Positions 20,235 to 30,799 are shown, counted from the first letter of the stretch. The stretch is DNA of 64,000 nucleotides from a virus (IMGVR_UViG_2718218393_000006:46356-110355); one strand, 5' to 3'. Numbers and translations: made by a program. The notes: generated from the letters alone by a model not told the origin.

Positions 20235-20561
20235 TTATCGCAATAGCCGGCTGATTGCCGCCTGCGCTTCAATAAGCCCGGTTACCGTGAACGGCAAGTG
20301 CTGCGCCTCGTTGTGAAGCGAGTCCAGTATCCGCTGCGCCTCCTCGGCGTGATAGCCACGAATCGCCCCGACATTGGCCTGGGCGTGCTGGATGTGCTCG
20401 GTGATGGCGATCATGTGCGACTGCGCCACGCGCTCCGGCGTGTCCTCGCCGCGATGCAGCGGAATCACTGCATCCGGCGGGGTGTAGCCGACCTGCCGTA
20501 CGCGCGGGCGCGCCAGCAGCAGGATCAGCAGGAATGAGGTGATGGCGAGGAAGATTCCCAT
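20235..20561 (-). CDS. Small membrane-anchored protein inserted in the tail operon
   Basis: N-terminal TM; followed by the hairpin CCCCGC-CGTA-GCGGGG at about 20199-20214. Confidence 0.5.
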   Translation of the reverse strand: MGIFLAITSFLLILLLARPRVRQVGYTPPDAVIPLHRGEDTPERVAQSHMIAITEHIQHAQANVGAIRGYHAEEAQRILDSLHNEAQHLPFTVTGLIEAQAAISRLLR

Positions 20562-20575
20562 GCCATCATTCTACA

Positions 20576-21793
20576 TCAGGCGGAGTTGCTCCGCTGGATC
20601 AGCAGGTTCGTACCGTACTGCGTGCCGGTCTGCGCTGCCGTGCCCGGATCGGCCAGCGCCTGTGCCTTGATGTTCAGCAGCACGCCGGCGTTCAGCTTGA
20701 TATCTTCGTCGGCGGACAGGATCTTCACGTTCCCCATCCGCAGCTTGATGAAGTCCACGCCATTGACGTCGAAGAACGGCAGATCAATCGCCACGTTGGT
20801 CTCATTGCGGAAGGCCTGCACCAGCGCCTGATCGCTGAAGTAGGCCGTGAAGTCGATGGTGACCTCATTGGTGCCCTCGATGATGGCCGGCGCCACCTTG
20901 GAACCCAGCACGCCGTCCGCGGCTTTCCGGCCATTCTGCAGGTTCAGCGTCATGCTGGTGATGTTGCCGACCGGCTGGCCGCCGATATACAGCGGCGCGC
21001 TGAACGCATCCATCGGCGCATTGGTTGGCGCGGCCGGATAGGTGGCGCCGTTGGCGACAGTGCCCTGCACCGAGTTTAGACCGACGAAATCGAAGCTCAC
21101 CTTCACCATCTCATTCGGCTTGGCCGTGATGGTCATCTTGTCGACGCACATGCCGGTGAACAGCTCGTATACGCCATTGCCCGGGATGTAGTGCTCGATG
21201 GCCATCGAGCCGGGCAGCGATGTGGCCAGGCCAACGGCCAAGTACTTGCCGATCACCGACACGGATCGACCAGCAGCGGCGGCCTCGTCGACCAACGCAC
21301 TGCCAGCAGGCGAGATGACGGTCAGCGTCAGCGCCTGGGCCGTCACCGCGTTGATCTGTGCAATGGCTACGTTATTGGCTCCTGCGGTGAAGCCTGCCAG
21401 CTTCACCCACACGCCGGCCATGAAGCCGTCGGCGATCCAGGATCCGGCCGAGCGGGTGACCGTGCCGGCGGCGCCGGCAATCGCTACCGACCCGGTGAAG
21501 GCCGGCCCGCTCACCCAAGAGTTGTCCATCGCGCAGGCCAACTCATCGTCCCAGCCGCCCAGCAGCAGGTTGCCGTCGAACTGGTAGTTCGCCTTGTACA
21601 TGCCCAGGCGCATGGACAGCACCTGGCGCGATACATTCAGCTCATCGGACTTCAGGGCATCGCGCTGGAACTGCGGCTTCAGGCTGGTGATTCGCTTCAC
21701 CTTGAATGCCGGGCTTGCCGGCAGCACGCCCTGCGCAGTTTCTACGCAGGTCGCTAGCCGGACACCAGAGCCGGCGGGGATATTCATTGCCAT
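20576..21793 (-). CDS. Major tail (tube) protein
   Basis: 405 aa, located between the terminator and chaperone genes. Confidence 0.8.
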   Translation of the reverse strand: MAMNIPAGSGVRLATCVETAQGVLPASPAFKVKRITSLKPQFQRDALKSDELNVSRQVLSMRLGMYKANYQFDGNLLLGGWDDELACAMDNSWVSGPAFTGSVAIAGAAGTVTRSAGSWIADGFMAGVWVKLAGFTAGANNVAIAQINAVTAQALTLTVISPAGSALVDEAAAAGRSVSVIGKYLAVGLATSLPGSMAIEHYIPGNGVYELFTGMCVDKMTITAKPNEMVKVSFDFVGLNSVQGTVANGATYPAAPTNAPMDAFSAPLYIGGQPVGNITSMTLNLQNGRKAADGVLGSKVAPAIIEGTNEVTIDFTAYFSDQALVQAFRNETNVAIDLPFFDVNGVDFIKLRMGNVKILSADEDIKLNAGVLLNIKAQALADPGTAAQTGTQYGTNLLIQRSNSA

Positions 21794-21808
21794 AGTGGCC
21801 TCGTGTGG

Positions 21809-22216
21809 TTATGGATTGCAGTAGCCGTAGTAACTGATGCTGATCGGCAGATAGGACCATGTGTCGGTGTGGATCGCCCGACCGCGGCTGGGCGGCTTGT
21901 CGACCCGGACGAAGCCGTCGCTGGCCGGCAACGCCAGCCCACGACGGAATAGAGCTTCCACCTGGTCCGCCATCTGGCCGGCCAGCCCGGTGCCCTCGCC
22001 CGTCGCCGTGCACGCCATCACCTGAAAGATGCCAGCGGCGCGGTTCATCGCATCCTCACCAATGCCGGCAGCAACGCTGCCCGCCGGCAGGTTGTCCACT
22101 CGCAGGTATGGCCGCGCCAGATCCGGTGTAAACGTCACGTCCTCCCAGGCGATGGGATAGGCGGTGAGCTGTGCCAAGTGCGCGCACAGCGCCGCCTCCA
22201 TGTCGGATGGGGTCAT
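21809..22216 (-). CDS. Tail terminator protein (DUF4128-like)
   Basis: IAWEDV.FTP...YLRV..LP, GIFQV. Confidence 0.75.
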   Translation of the reverse strand: MTPSDMEAALCAHLAQLTAYPIAWEDVTFTPDLARPYLRVDNLPAGSVAAGIGEDAMNRAAGIFQVMACTATGEGTGLAGQMADQVEALFRRGLALPASDGFVRVDKPPSRGRAIHTDTWSYLPISISYYGYCNP

Positions 22217-22821
22217 TTGTTGCTCCGATTGATCTGGTTTTGCAGAATGCGCGGCTCATGCACCCTGCCATAGTCGGCGATGTAGGAGGTTTGGCTGGTG
22301 CTGGTATTGGTGAGCCTGCTGGCGAGGCCGGGCGCGTTGTAGCTGGCCGCCTCCGTCAGGTTCATGGTCTTGCCGATAGCATCGAAGACGAATCCCTTCC
22401 ACTTGACGCACGACACGCGGAACATGCCCTGCGGCGCCTGCGTGGAGTAACCGTTCACAGTTCGCTCCGTCTGCCTGTCGAACCCCTTCAGCAGGCGATA
22501 CAGCCCGTATTCCAGAATCGGGCCATACGGCGCTGAGTTGGTCAGATAGAACACGTCGCCCAGCTTCAGCTCGTCGACCACGGCGCGAATCCGCATCGCG
22601 GTTGGCACGCCATCCGTATCGGTGTCCATGGTCCATGTCGTGTCGGGCGCGTTCAGGCTGGCCCGCATGTTGGCCATGAACTGGCCGGTGTCGATTGGCG
22701 TCGCGGCGCCCTGCAGCACCTCGTCGACCAGCTCGACTATCGCCACCTTCGCGACATTCTCCATACGGAGCCGCTGGTGGTCCGCCATAGCCCGGACCTG
22801 GGCTTGAAATGAAATGCCCAT
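22213..22821 (-). CDS. Neck protein, HK97 gp10-like
   Basis: TPIDTG, NSAPY..LEYG, STQAPQG. Confidence 0.75.
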   Translation of the reverse strand: MGISFQAQVRAMADHQRLRMENVAKVAIVELVDEVLQGAATPIDTGQFMANMRASLNAPDTTWTMDTDTDGVPTAMRIRAVVDELKLGDVFYLTNSAPYGPILEYGLYRLLKGFDRQTERTVNGYSTQAPQGMFRVSCVKWKGFVFDAIGKTMNLTEAASYNAPGLASRLTNTSTSQTSYIADYGRVHEPRILQNQINRSNK

Positions 22822-22833
22822 TTGCCCACCTGC

Positions 22834-23196
22834 TCACTTGCGAATCAGCAGTTCATGGGTAACAGCCACGCCTTGAGCGGACTCCGTAGCCACATGGGAC
22901 ACATTCCAGATTGCGCCATCCACGACCACAGAGTCATTTGGCGATGGCACAAAGGGAACAACAATGGCAGCCACAATCAATCGACGGTCTCCGGCTTGTA
23001 TCGACGTGCCGTTCACCTCTCCAGCGCCGATTTTTTGCGATACCCCTTTGCCCGTGTACTTAGCCACGACCGGTGAGGTGCGCCTCGATACTGGGTCAAA
23101 TTGGCCTGAGCCAGTCGCATGACTAAGCGTTATCGGTGCTCCGTATTTTTCGATCTGATCGGCAGCAATCTTGGCCATTCTCTGCCCAAGCGACAT
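22834..23196 (-). CDS. Head closure / head-tail joining protein
   Basis: Position; GTSIQAGD motif. Confidence 0.65.
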   Translation of the reverse strand: MSLGQRMAKIAADQIEKYGAPITLSHATGSGQFDPVSRRTSPVVAKYTGKGVSQKIGAGEVNGTSIQAGDRRLIVAAIVVPFVPSPNDSVVVDGAIWNVSHVATESAQGVAVTHELLIRK

Positions 23197-23197
23197 G

Positions 23198-23689
23198 TCA
23201 GCACCTCACCAGCTTGGAGCCGAACCCATTCAGCCAATGGCTGATCTTGTTCATGATGATGTCCGGCAATTCGCGTTGGATTCGCCCCGGCCGATAATTC
23301 ACCTGAAGCGAGCCGATGCGCACCATTGAAAGCCCGAGCGCGCCCTCGTCCTCGGTGCGGTCTTCCTTCAGCAGCATGCCAGCAAGCTCTGCAGTGCAAT
23401 CCAGCAGAACCCGCGGCATCTGGTTCTGAAGGATGTAGATGCCGTCGCGGTCGAACATCCCCGCGCGCGGCCAGCGCAACGACTGGCCGATCCGGATGCG
23501 CTGCCCCTTCCAGGGCAACTCATCCAGCAGTCGGGTCGCCATCACCAGCGCCGCTGCTTTCTGGTCTGCGGTTGCCCCGGTCCAGGCATCGGCATAGAGC
23601 CTGGTCTGCCAGAAGGCATCTGCATAGGCGACATCGCAGTAGCTATTGGAAGTCGGGCCGCCGACAGTCGTATCAAGCAGGAGCGCCAT
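23198..23689 (-). CDS. Head-tail adaptor (DnaT-like annotated family)
   Basis: SNSYCDVAYAD, WKG...QSLRWPR. Confidence 0.7.
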   Translation of the reverse strand: MALLLDTTVGGPTSNSYCDVAYADAFWQTRLYADAWTGATADQKAAALVMATRLLDELPWKGQRIRIGQSLRWPRAGMFDRDGIYILQNQMPRVLLDCTAELAGMLLKEDRTEDEGALGLSMVRIGSLQVNYRPGRIQRELPDIIMNKISHWLNGFGSKLVRC

Positions 23690-23894
23690 CGCCTTCACCG
23701 CCTTGAGTCTGGCCGTCCGTGTCATCGGCCCTCTTTTTCGGCTTGGCCTTTTCGCTGTACGGCTTATGCAGCTTCGGGTCGAAGTCTTCCTTGTTGATCA
23801 CCACAAAGCCGTCAACGACGTCCGAGTTCACGACCTGAACGGTCGACTGCGAGTAGTCATAGTTCGGCACGGTGCCAATAACGAGCGGGTCCAT
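23673..23894 (-). CDS. Small head-associated protein
   Basis: VVINKEDFDPKLH motif; AGGAG RBS. Confidence 0.55.
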   Translation of the reverse strand: MDPLVIGTVPNYDYSQSTVQVVNSDVVDGFVVINKEDFDPKLHKPYSEKAKPKKRADDTDGQTQGGEGDGAPA

Positions 23895-23941
23895 ACTTTC
23901 TCCTGAAGTGGGAATGGCGAGGAGAAGCCCTCGCCATTGGT

Positions 23942-25105
23942 TTAGCCTGCGATGCGAACGCCCAATTCGGGGCGGACAAGGCCAACGCCCCACAGCGAGT
24001 CGAACGCCAGGCGGGTACGATGGAACTCTTCGCGATAGGAGAGGCGCAGCGTCAGACCGGATACCGGGTCCGCCACCTGGAAGGTTTCATCCACCTCCTT
24101 AGTCAGGGACTCATTGCCAAGCTGACGGGAGGCAAACGCGAAAGCATCGCGATGAAACGCCAGGTTCACAACGTGGGGAGCGGCCACCTGCACGACCTCG
24201 CCGCCGCTTTTCGGCACGCGCAGCGCCGGGGCGGTGTTCACCGTAACGGTGGACGAACCGCCGGCGGACACCGGCGACAAGACGACATAGGTCTGCTTGT
24301 CGCCCGCGTAGGTCAGGATGTCACCCTGGACCAAATTGATGGCTGCGCCGGCAGCGGTCGCCAGCGTGATAACGCCGGTCGCGCCGCCATCCATCGAGCC
24401 ATTGCCAGGTTGTTGTGCGCCGCTGACGGTCACAGTGCCAGTGATCGAGCCGGCGTTGTGGGTCGGGATCTGCTGATCCATCGCCCAATCGAAACCCAGC
24501 TTGCGACCGATGATGCCTTCGCGGATCACGCCATCGTCGGCTGCGGCCATGGCGTTGGTGAACTGCGGCAGACCCAGCGCATTCGCTTCGCCATCCGGCG
24601 ACAGCACGATGCGGCGGTTTTGCGTCGGAGCCTTCTGGATACCCAGCACCTTGCGCGCCTGGGTCGAGGCGGACAAGTCGGAGGCAAACGGGGTCGTGCC
24701 CGGCGTGCCAACGAAGCCATAGACGCCCTTGTAGCAGTTCAGGATCGAGGCGTTGATCGTGGTGGCCAGCGACTCGATGGCGCTGGACAGTTGGATCGGT
24801 ACGACGCCATCGACGATCTGCGCCAGCTCTTTCTCGGTCAGGTAGAAAGGCGCTTCCTTCCAGTTGTTCAGCGGGATGCTGACCTTGCCCGGCGAGACCC
24901 CTTGCGGATCGGGCGCCACCGGGCCCGGCACGACGTCTTGTACCGGCACCATGGACGGCACTGGCACCTGAATGGTGTCGCCCTTCTCCTTCACTTCCGT
25001 GCCGAAGTCACTGTTCACCAGCGACGGCATCACGCAGTTGGAGCGCAGAGCCTTCAGACCCTGGGCGAAAATGGTCGGGACGAGTCCCTGCAAATTGTTC
25101 GGCAT
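23942..25105 (-). CDS. Major capsid protein (P22 coat gp5-like family)
   Basis: KGDTIQVPVP, NLAFHRDAFAFASR, FDSLWG...RPE. Confidence 0.88.
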   Translation of the reverse strand: MPNNLQGLVPTIFAQGLKALRSNCVMPSLVNSDFGTEVKEKGDTIQVPVPSMVPVQDVVPGPVAPDPQGVSPGKVSIPLNNWKEAPFYLTEKELAQIVDGVVPIQLSSAIESLATTINASILNCYKGVYGFVGTPGTTPFASDLSASTQARKVLGIQKAPTQNRRIVLSPDGEANALGLPQFTNAMAAADDGVIREGIIGRKLGFDWAMDQQIPTHNAGSITGTVTVSGAQQPGNGSMDGGATGVITLATAAGAAINLVQGDILTYAGDKQTYVVLSPVSAGGSSTVTVNTAPALRVPKSGGEVVQVAAPHVVNLAFHRDAFAFASRQLGNESLTKEVDETFQVADPVSGLTLRLSYREEFHRTRLAFDSLWGVGLVRPELGVRIAG

Positions 25106-25215
25106 TGATTACTCCAGCGGTTATGGACTGCCAGCCCCGCTGGCATTCGATCTGCGCGGTTTGCGCAAAAGAAAAAGGCCCGCCGGGTGACAGGCCTGAT
25201 TTGGTTGAAACTTGT

Positions 25216-25953
25216 TTAGACGACCTTGGTCTTGCCGGAGGCGATGGCGTCGAGGTTGGCCAGGAAGCCGGCCGAATCGTTGCGGGCCACTTTGCCGGCG
25301 CCGACGTTGACGGCTTGGCTGCCAGCCTTCGGCGCGCCAGTGCCGCTCGACGGCTCAAACAGATGAGGCGCGGACTCGGTCAGGCCGGAGACCCATTCGG
25401 AGATTCCCAGCGGCGAGCCATCTTTGCCGAATTGCGGCGCATCGCCATTCATGGCGGTGGCCTTACCCTCCACCAAGCGGAACATTGCACGACCGCGCAG
25501 CATTACGTCGTCGACGGCGGTCGAGCGTACGCCGGTCTTCGCAGCCGCATCGCGGATGGCGCTATCGATCAGCAACCCTTCCAACTGGCCCGAGAGCTTA
25601 GTTTTTTCGTCGCCGGCCGCCTTGATCTGCTTTTCGAAGTCGGCCTTCATGGCGGCAGTTCGCTCGGACAGCAGTTGCTCGAACTGGCCCGCGTCGATCA
25701 GCTTCTTGTCGCGCTCTTTCTGGTCGCGGTCCAGCAGTTCGCGGTACTTGTCGATGTCGACATCCTTGAACTTGGCGTCTCGCTCTTCCAGTTGACGCTT
25801 CAGATTGACGTTGTTGTCGCGGAATTCATCCAGCTTGTCCTTGCCTACCATGCCCTCCACCGACAGGACGAACTCGCCGCTCTGCTCGGTGTAAAAGCTT
25901 TGCAGTGCCTCCGGCACTTCGGACAGGGACTTAATGCGGGCTTTGAGACTCAT
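25216..25953 (-). CDS. Capsid scaffolding protein
   Basis: Charged coiled coil, APHLFEPSSGTG; upstream of the capsid gene. Confidence 0.75.
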   Translation of the reverse strand: MSLKARIKSLSEVPEALQSFYTEQSGEFVLSVEGMVGKDKLDEFRDNNVNLKRQLEERDAKFKDVDIDKYRELLDRDQKERDKKLIDAGQFEQLLSERTAAMKADFEKQIKAAGDEKTKLSGQLEGLLIDSAIRDAAAKTGVRSTAVDDVMLRGRAMFRLVEGKATAMNGDAPQFGKDGSPLGISEWVSGLTESAPHLFEPSSGTGAPKAGSQAVNVGAGKVARNDSAGFLANLDAIASGKTKVV

Positions 25954-26030
25954 TTGCTTTGACCTCCCAGGTCAGAAAAGAAAAAAGCCCCATCCACCGG
26001 ATGAGGCTTGAGATTGAGGTAATGCGTTGC

Positions 26031-26291
26031 TTACGCGGCCAGCTCGTATTTGGCGTTGAACGCAGCCGCAGGGATGGCGGAGACGCCCCGCTCATCGTTG
26101 ACGATGAAGTCGCCGGGGTTGATCACCACGGTGCCGCCGTGGGTTTGCAGCAACCCGCGCCCGGCCATATTGCGCAGGGCGTAAACGTGCTTGATTTCAT
26201 GGGCAAGCGGATTGCGCACAGCCGGGTGGTCGCCGGCGGCATTCCATTGCACCGCATCCACAATGGCTGATTTCAGCCTGTACTTAGCCAT
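26031..26291 (-). CDS. Hypothetical phage protein
   Basis: VDAVQW...PGDFIV...F...YE pattern. Confidence 0.6.
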   Translation of the reverse strand: MAKYRLKSAIVDAVQWNAAGDHPAVRNPLAHEIKHVYALRNMAGRGLLQTHGGTVVINPGDFIVNDERGVSAIPAAAFNAKYELAA

Positions 26292-27255
26292 ATCGGCTCC
26301 TCATTTCGTCGAGAGTAATCGGATTGCCTCGCTGGTCCAGCGCATCGGCCGGACTGAGAGCGCCGCGACGCCACATGTCGTATCGGCCACGCAGGATGTC
26401 GCGCTGCCTGGCTTCGGGCCTGCTGTTTAGCCAATCTTCGAAAGTGATATCTGATGGCATCACGCCATTCACCAGCGGCAGGATGATGGACCTGCAGCCC
26501 CAGTGCCGCGGCGTGCCACCATCGAAAGGTAGTTGATTGCCCAAGATCGGCGCGCCGTCCAGATCCCAGGTGGCGCCGTTGTAGCGCCGGCAGATGGCTG
26601 TCGTTCTGCTGTCCATCACGCTGACTTGCACCAGGCCGTTGATGGTATCGGCGTTGCTGCGGTAAACCGCCATCGCCGAGGATGCCGCCACTTCCTGGAC
26701 AAACGACCTGATCAGCGCATCTGCGTTTGCCTCTGCCGACACCTGGATCCCGCGAAGCGCCGCGATCACGTCATCAAGGCTCATGCTTCTGGCGATGGCG
26801 TTTTGCAGTGCAAGCCGCGCGCGCCACAGCAAATCCTGAGCTTGGCGCTCGTACCACGTTTTGAGCGTCGCTCCGAAAAGCATCAGGTCGGCCACGTCAA
26901 ACGGCGGCTTACGCCGGCGCCGGTCATCCTGCTGATCGCCCAGCGCCCGGCCGAGTGCCTGATCCATGGCGGCCGTCTGGATATCGGCCAGATCGCCGGA
27001 GTCGATCAGCGCCTCATCCGCCATGGCAGCATATGCTTCGCGCACCTGGCTACCCATGTCACCAAGCAGCGCTTCAAGTCGCCGCTGGCGCGCGTAGAGC
27101 ATCGTCACCGCCCAGGGATTACGCATCAGGACTAGGGCGACGATGGTCTCGATGATCTGCTTGACCCTATCCCGCCGCTCGCGCGCCGTCTCGGCTTCAT
27201 AGCGGATGACGTCCATCTGGTTGTCGAGGATGTCATCCCTGAGGCGGTCTATCAT
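26284..27255 (-). CDS. Minor head morphogenesis protein (SPP1 gp7 / Mu F-like)
   Basis: DSRTTAIC...PRHWGCRS. Confidence 0.8.
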   Translation of the reverse strand: MIDRLRDDILDNQMDVIRYEAETARERRDRVKQIIETIVALVLMRNPWAVTMLYARQRRLEALLGDMGSQVREAYAAMADEALIDSGDLADIQTAAMDQALGRALGDQQDDRRRRKPPFDVADLMLFGATLKTWYERQAQDLLWRARLALQNAIARSMSLDDVIAALRGIQVSAEANADALIRSFVQEVAASSAMAVYRSNADTINGLVQVSVMDSRTTAICRRYNGATWDLDGAPILGNQLPFDGGTPRHWGCRSIILPLVNGVMPSDITFEDWLNSRPEARQRDILRGRYDMWRRGALSPADALDQRGNPITLDEMRSRYG

Positions 27256-28591
27256 TTGTGGTCACCATGGGTGGGACAGCGCCGGCGGCGCGGATCAGCT
27301 CCTTCTCGTCGTCGATAGTGCGATCCGGCGGCAGCATCTCAGCCTCTTGCATGTTGAAGATGAACGTGTCGAGGGACATCGAGCCGGCTTGGTAAGCCTG
27401 CACCAGGCCTTGAAGCTGCTGCGGGCCGAGCTGGGTATCCACAAAATCGCGATTGATGGTGATTTTGATGTCGCCTGAGACGCCCATCCAGTCGGCCGCA
27501 CACTGCAGGACGGCGACGATGACACTTTCAGTCGCCGTTACCGTCCCCATCAGCAGCGAAGTCTCGCCACTGGTGCGGATGCGCGCCGTCTCAGCTGCCT
27601 CAACGCCGCGGCGCTGGTCGGCGAACACGGCAGCGCCAAGCACCGCCATCATGTGTTCCTTGCTTTCGAGCGCCTTCTCCAGGCTACCTAGGCCGGTGCC
27701 GTGAAACTCGGCATACTCCACGCGGCCCTGCGGATTGGGGATTTTCAGCAGCGTCGCCGACCCGATCATGATCGGCTGCTCGTTGTCATCAAGACCAGAC
27801 ACCCACAGCGTCGGCAGCCCGGTGAAGTGCCGTCCGTGCTCAAGGTCGGCGCTGCTGCGGTAATGCGACAGCGCGACGTTGGCCAGGCCCAGCAAGGGCG
27901 GCTTGCTGATGGCCTGCGTCCCCCCTTGCGGAGACAGCCAGAAGAACGGGATGCTGCTGAGCGCCGCGCCGCGCTTGGTCGGCGTCAGTTCCTCGACAAT
28001 GGCCCACTCGCCGCGCCCGGTGGCGTCGGCCTTCTGCCGCCAGATACGAGCCTTGTACGTCGAGCCATCGAGCATCAGCTCGCGACACTGGGTCACTTCA
28101 TTTTGCTTGTACGGGTCTTTCGGATCGGGGATGCATACCGACTCAGTCAGCACCAGCCAATTCGCGCCCCAGTTGATGATGTTCTCGGCGCGGTAGATCC
28201 GCAGATAGGCGCGAGCGCCATCGTGGTCCACTAGGATGCCAAGCCGGCCTTCGAGCAGGTTTTCACTGCACAAGTTCTTGATGAACTCCTGCAGGTTCAC
28301 GCCATCGGCAGTTGCATCTTGCCCCAGCGCAGCCAGACCATCTGGCAGCTCGATGATGGTCGGCTTCCTGGCGATGGCGCCGACGAAACCGTCCACCGAA
28401 CGGCCCATGGCCTCGTAATACAGAGCGCGCAGCTTATAAGCCTCGTACTCCTCGCCGGTCTGGCCGCCCAGCTTCGGCAAATATTTGGTGTTCGCGGCCT
28501 TGACTGCGTCCTCGCCGTCGTAGGCGTCCCGGCACCGCTGCCACTTGTCGATGTTGGCATCGTAATCGGGATGCGTGCTGTTGATCGGCAT
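27233..28591 (-). CDS. Portal protein (DUF4055 family)
   Basis: HPDY...WQRCRD, YLPK, KPPLL.LA...HYRSSAD. Confidence 0.85.
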   Translation of the reverse strand: MPINSTHPDYDANIDKWQRCRDAYDGEDAVKAANTKYLPKLGGQTGEEYEAYKLRALYYEAMGRSVDGFVGAIARKPTIIELPDGLAALGQDATADGVNLQEFIKNLCSENLLEGRLGILVDHDGARAYLRIYRAENIINWGANWLVLTESVCIPDPKDPYKQNEVTQCRELMLDGSTYKARIWRQKADATGRGEWAIVEELTPTKRGAALSSIPFFWLSPQGGTQAISKPPLLGLANVALSHYRSSADLEHGRHFTGLPTLWVSGLDDNEQPIMIGSATLLKIPNPQGRVEYAEFHGTGLGSLEKALESKEHMMAVLGAAVFADQRRGVEAAETARIRTSGETSLLMGTVTATESVIVAVLQCAADWMGVSGDIKITINRDFVDTQLGPQQLQGLVQAYQAGSMSLDTFIFNMQEAEMLPPDRTIDDEKELIRAAGAVPPMVTTNDRPPQG

Positions 28592-28593
28592 GG

Positions 28594-29871
28594 TTAATAT
28601 CCAGTTGGTTTGCTCACCGTCGCAGTTCGCTTGGCGATAGGCCACAGTCTGACGATGGGATAGGTCCCGGCATCGTTCACGTGGTCGACGCCGCTCTTCT
28701 TGTCCGGCTCGCCGTTGGCGTCATACGCCTGCTGCTCCAGTCCCTCGGTGAATTTGGGGCAGCGGCGAGTGTTCACCTTCAGGCGCCGCTCGCCGTTCGC
28801 ATTCAGCAGCATGGCGTTCGTCGACAACACCCGGTCTTTCACGGCAGGGTTGGCAGATCCGACGCTGATCGTGAAGCCGGCCTGCCGCAGGATGGTCAAG
28901 TCGGACTGACTGGCGCTTTTGCTGCTCGTGTTCTGCCCGCTGGCGTCCGGATAAACCGTGATCGAGTGGTTTTTCGACTTCCAGCGCTCAACGATCATTC
29001 GCGCCATCTCCGGCGTGTCCCGCACATCCACCAGCTCGTCAACGGCAATCGGATTGCCATCGCGGATCACATAAACCACCGCGGCCATCTTCAGCACGTT
29101 GAAGTCCATGCCGACGTGCAGCGGCTCATAGGGCTGCATCTCGGCGTCGGAGTGATTGAGCTTCCGGTCAAAACAGGGGTAGACGCTGCCGCTTGCCAAG
29201 TTGCAGAACTGCCCTTTCAGATAGGCGTCAATCAGCTGCGGCGGGTAGGTCAGGAACAGCGAGTCGATGTAGTCGTCCGGCAGGTTCGCCTCGTTGTCGT
29301 AGGTCGACGCCTGGATCAGCCCATACAGCGCGGACAGCCCTGGCTTGGCGGCGACCTGCTTCACGAACTGCTCGTAGACGAACTTGAAGCCCTCCGGCGT
29401 CGTGGTGACGTCTACGCCATTCTTGAGGTTGTCCACCTTGTAGCGCATCCGGGCAATGATCTTGCGCCAGGCCGCGCGCCCCTTCTCCGCCTTCATGACG
29501 TCCAGCTCGTCGCAGAGCGCTTTGCCGATCTTGAAGCCGATGATAGTCTCGGGCTTCTCCATCGACCTGCAGATGGTCGTGCCGCGGTACTTGCGCCCCT
29601 CGTAGACGTGGACTTCCTTGTTCGACTCGTTGATTTTAACCTTTAGGCCCCAATCGAACGCCACCTCCTCCACAGTTGGGTAGAAGATGTCGCGGATCTG
29701 GGCATAGGTCGGGGCGAAATACCCGGCGTTGATCAGCGGGTACTGCCAGAAGTGCTGCATCAGGCCGCCGCAGCCCACCCAGGTCTTGCCGGAACCGAAG
29801 CCGGCGACGTAGGCGCGGAACTTGTGATCCATGGCCAGGAAACGCGATTGCGGGACGTTGAGGCTAGGCAT
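28594..29871 (-). CDS. Terminase large subunit
   Basis: AGFGSGKT Walker A, CDE Walker B, TTTPEG, GMDFN, YPDASG, DHVNDA. Confidence 0.93.
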   Translation of the reverse strand: MPSLNVPQSRFLAMDHKFRAYVAGFGSGKTWVGCGGLMQHFWQYPLINAGYFAPTYAQIRDIFYPTVEEVAFDWGLKVKINESNKEVHVYEGRKYRGTTICRSMEKPETIIGFKIGKALCDELDVMKAEKGRAAWRKIIARMRYKVDNLKNGVDVTTTPEGFKFVYEQFVKQVAAKPGLSALYGLIQASTYDNEANLPDDYIDSLFLTYPPQLIDAYLKGQFCNLASGSVYPCFDRKLNHSDAEMQPYEPLHVGMDFNVLKMAAVVYVIRDGNPIAVDELVDVRDTPEMARMIVERWKSKNHSITVYPDASGQNTSSKSASQSDLTILRQAGFTISVGSANPAVKDRVLSTNAMLLNANGERRLKVNTRRCPKFTEGLEQQAYDANGEPDKKSGVDHVNDAGTYPIVRLWPIAKRTATVSKPTGY

Positions 29872-30652
29872 CGTCGCCCCGCTTTCTGGCGTCCTTCACC
29901 TCAACCACGATTTGGACTGGCGTCGGCTTATCGTCATCGCCATCGTCCAGGTCGCGGCGAATCTTGTCTGTCGCGGCTTGCTTTGCCGCTAGCTCCGCAC
30001 GGTGCATCTCCTCGGCCCTGCGCATTGCTGCAGCGTCGCGGAATAAACCGATGTGCTCGGCCACCTTGTTCAGTGCAGCCAGCTGGTCGTGCATCTTTAG
30101 CTCCAGGCCGTCTTTGCCCTGCTTCACGCCCGCATAGAGCAGCCTGGCGGCGCCCTTCACTCGGCGCGTGTCGGTGACGAATATCTTGCCGCGACCTTCG
30201 CCGGCGCATTCGGGGCATTCCGGGTGAGGATCACGGGTGGCGATGAATCCAAAGCCGCCAGCGATATCCGGCTGGTCGTCGCCCTTCTCTTTCGCCTCAC
30301 GCTGGGCCTGTTCGAACTCTGCCTCGGTCCATTGGTACTGGTGGCCGGCGCCCCAGCAGTGCCGGCAGTTGTCGCGACGGTATTGCACCAGATCGTTCGG
30401 GTCGGCGGTAGCGATTTGCCAGAGGCGATCCAGCACTTTGTCGGCGGTGATCTCGGTCCGATAGGAGCGTGCTTGCATCGCCTCTTCGATAGCGCGCGCC
30501 ACCCTATCATTTCTTATCAGCCTTGCCGCATTCGATTCTGCTGCCGGCCCCTTCGACTTATAACCGGCCCGCAGGTACGCGGCAGTTGCGTTCAGATCCT
30601 TGAGGTACTCCAGGACAAACAACTTCTGCTGCTTGGATATCTCTTTTGCCAT
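29864..30652 (-). CDS. Terminase small subunit with a Zn-finger insertion
   Basis: FVLEYLKDLNATAAYLRAGY; CRHC...CPEC. Confidence 0.9.
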   Translation of the reverse strand: MAKEISKQQKLFVLEYLKDLNATAAYLRAGYKSKGPAAESNAARLIRNDRVARAIEEAMQARSYRTEITADKVLDRLWQIATADPNDLVQYRRDNCRHCWGAGHQYQWTEAEFEQAQREAKEKGDDQPDIAGGFGFIATRDPHPECPECAGEGRGKIFVTDTRRVKGAARLLYAGVKQGKDGLELKMHDQLAALNKVAEHIGLFRDAAAMRRAEEMHRAELAAKQAATDKIRRDLDDGDDDKPTPVQIVVEVKDARKRGDDA

Positions 30653-30799
30653 GAGGCTCTCGCCTCCTCGGCGTTGTTGTTGCCCAGATCACCTCCTGTC
30701 GAGGTGGCTGGGCGGAGATTGGTCTGTCCTGCTGGACGGGTACGGATTCGGTGGTATGCGGCAAATGCTAGGCTCTCGCTATCGACTGGGAGCCCTGTC

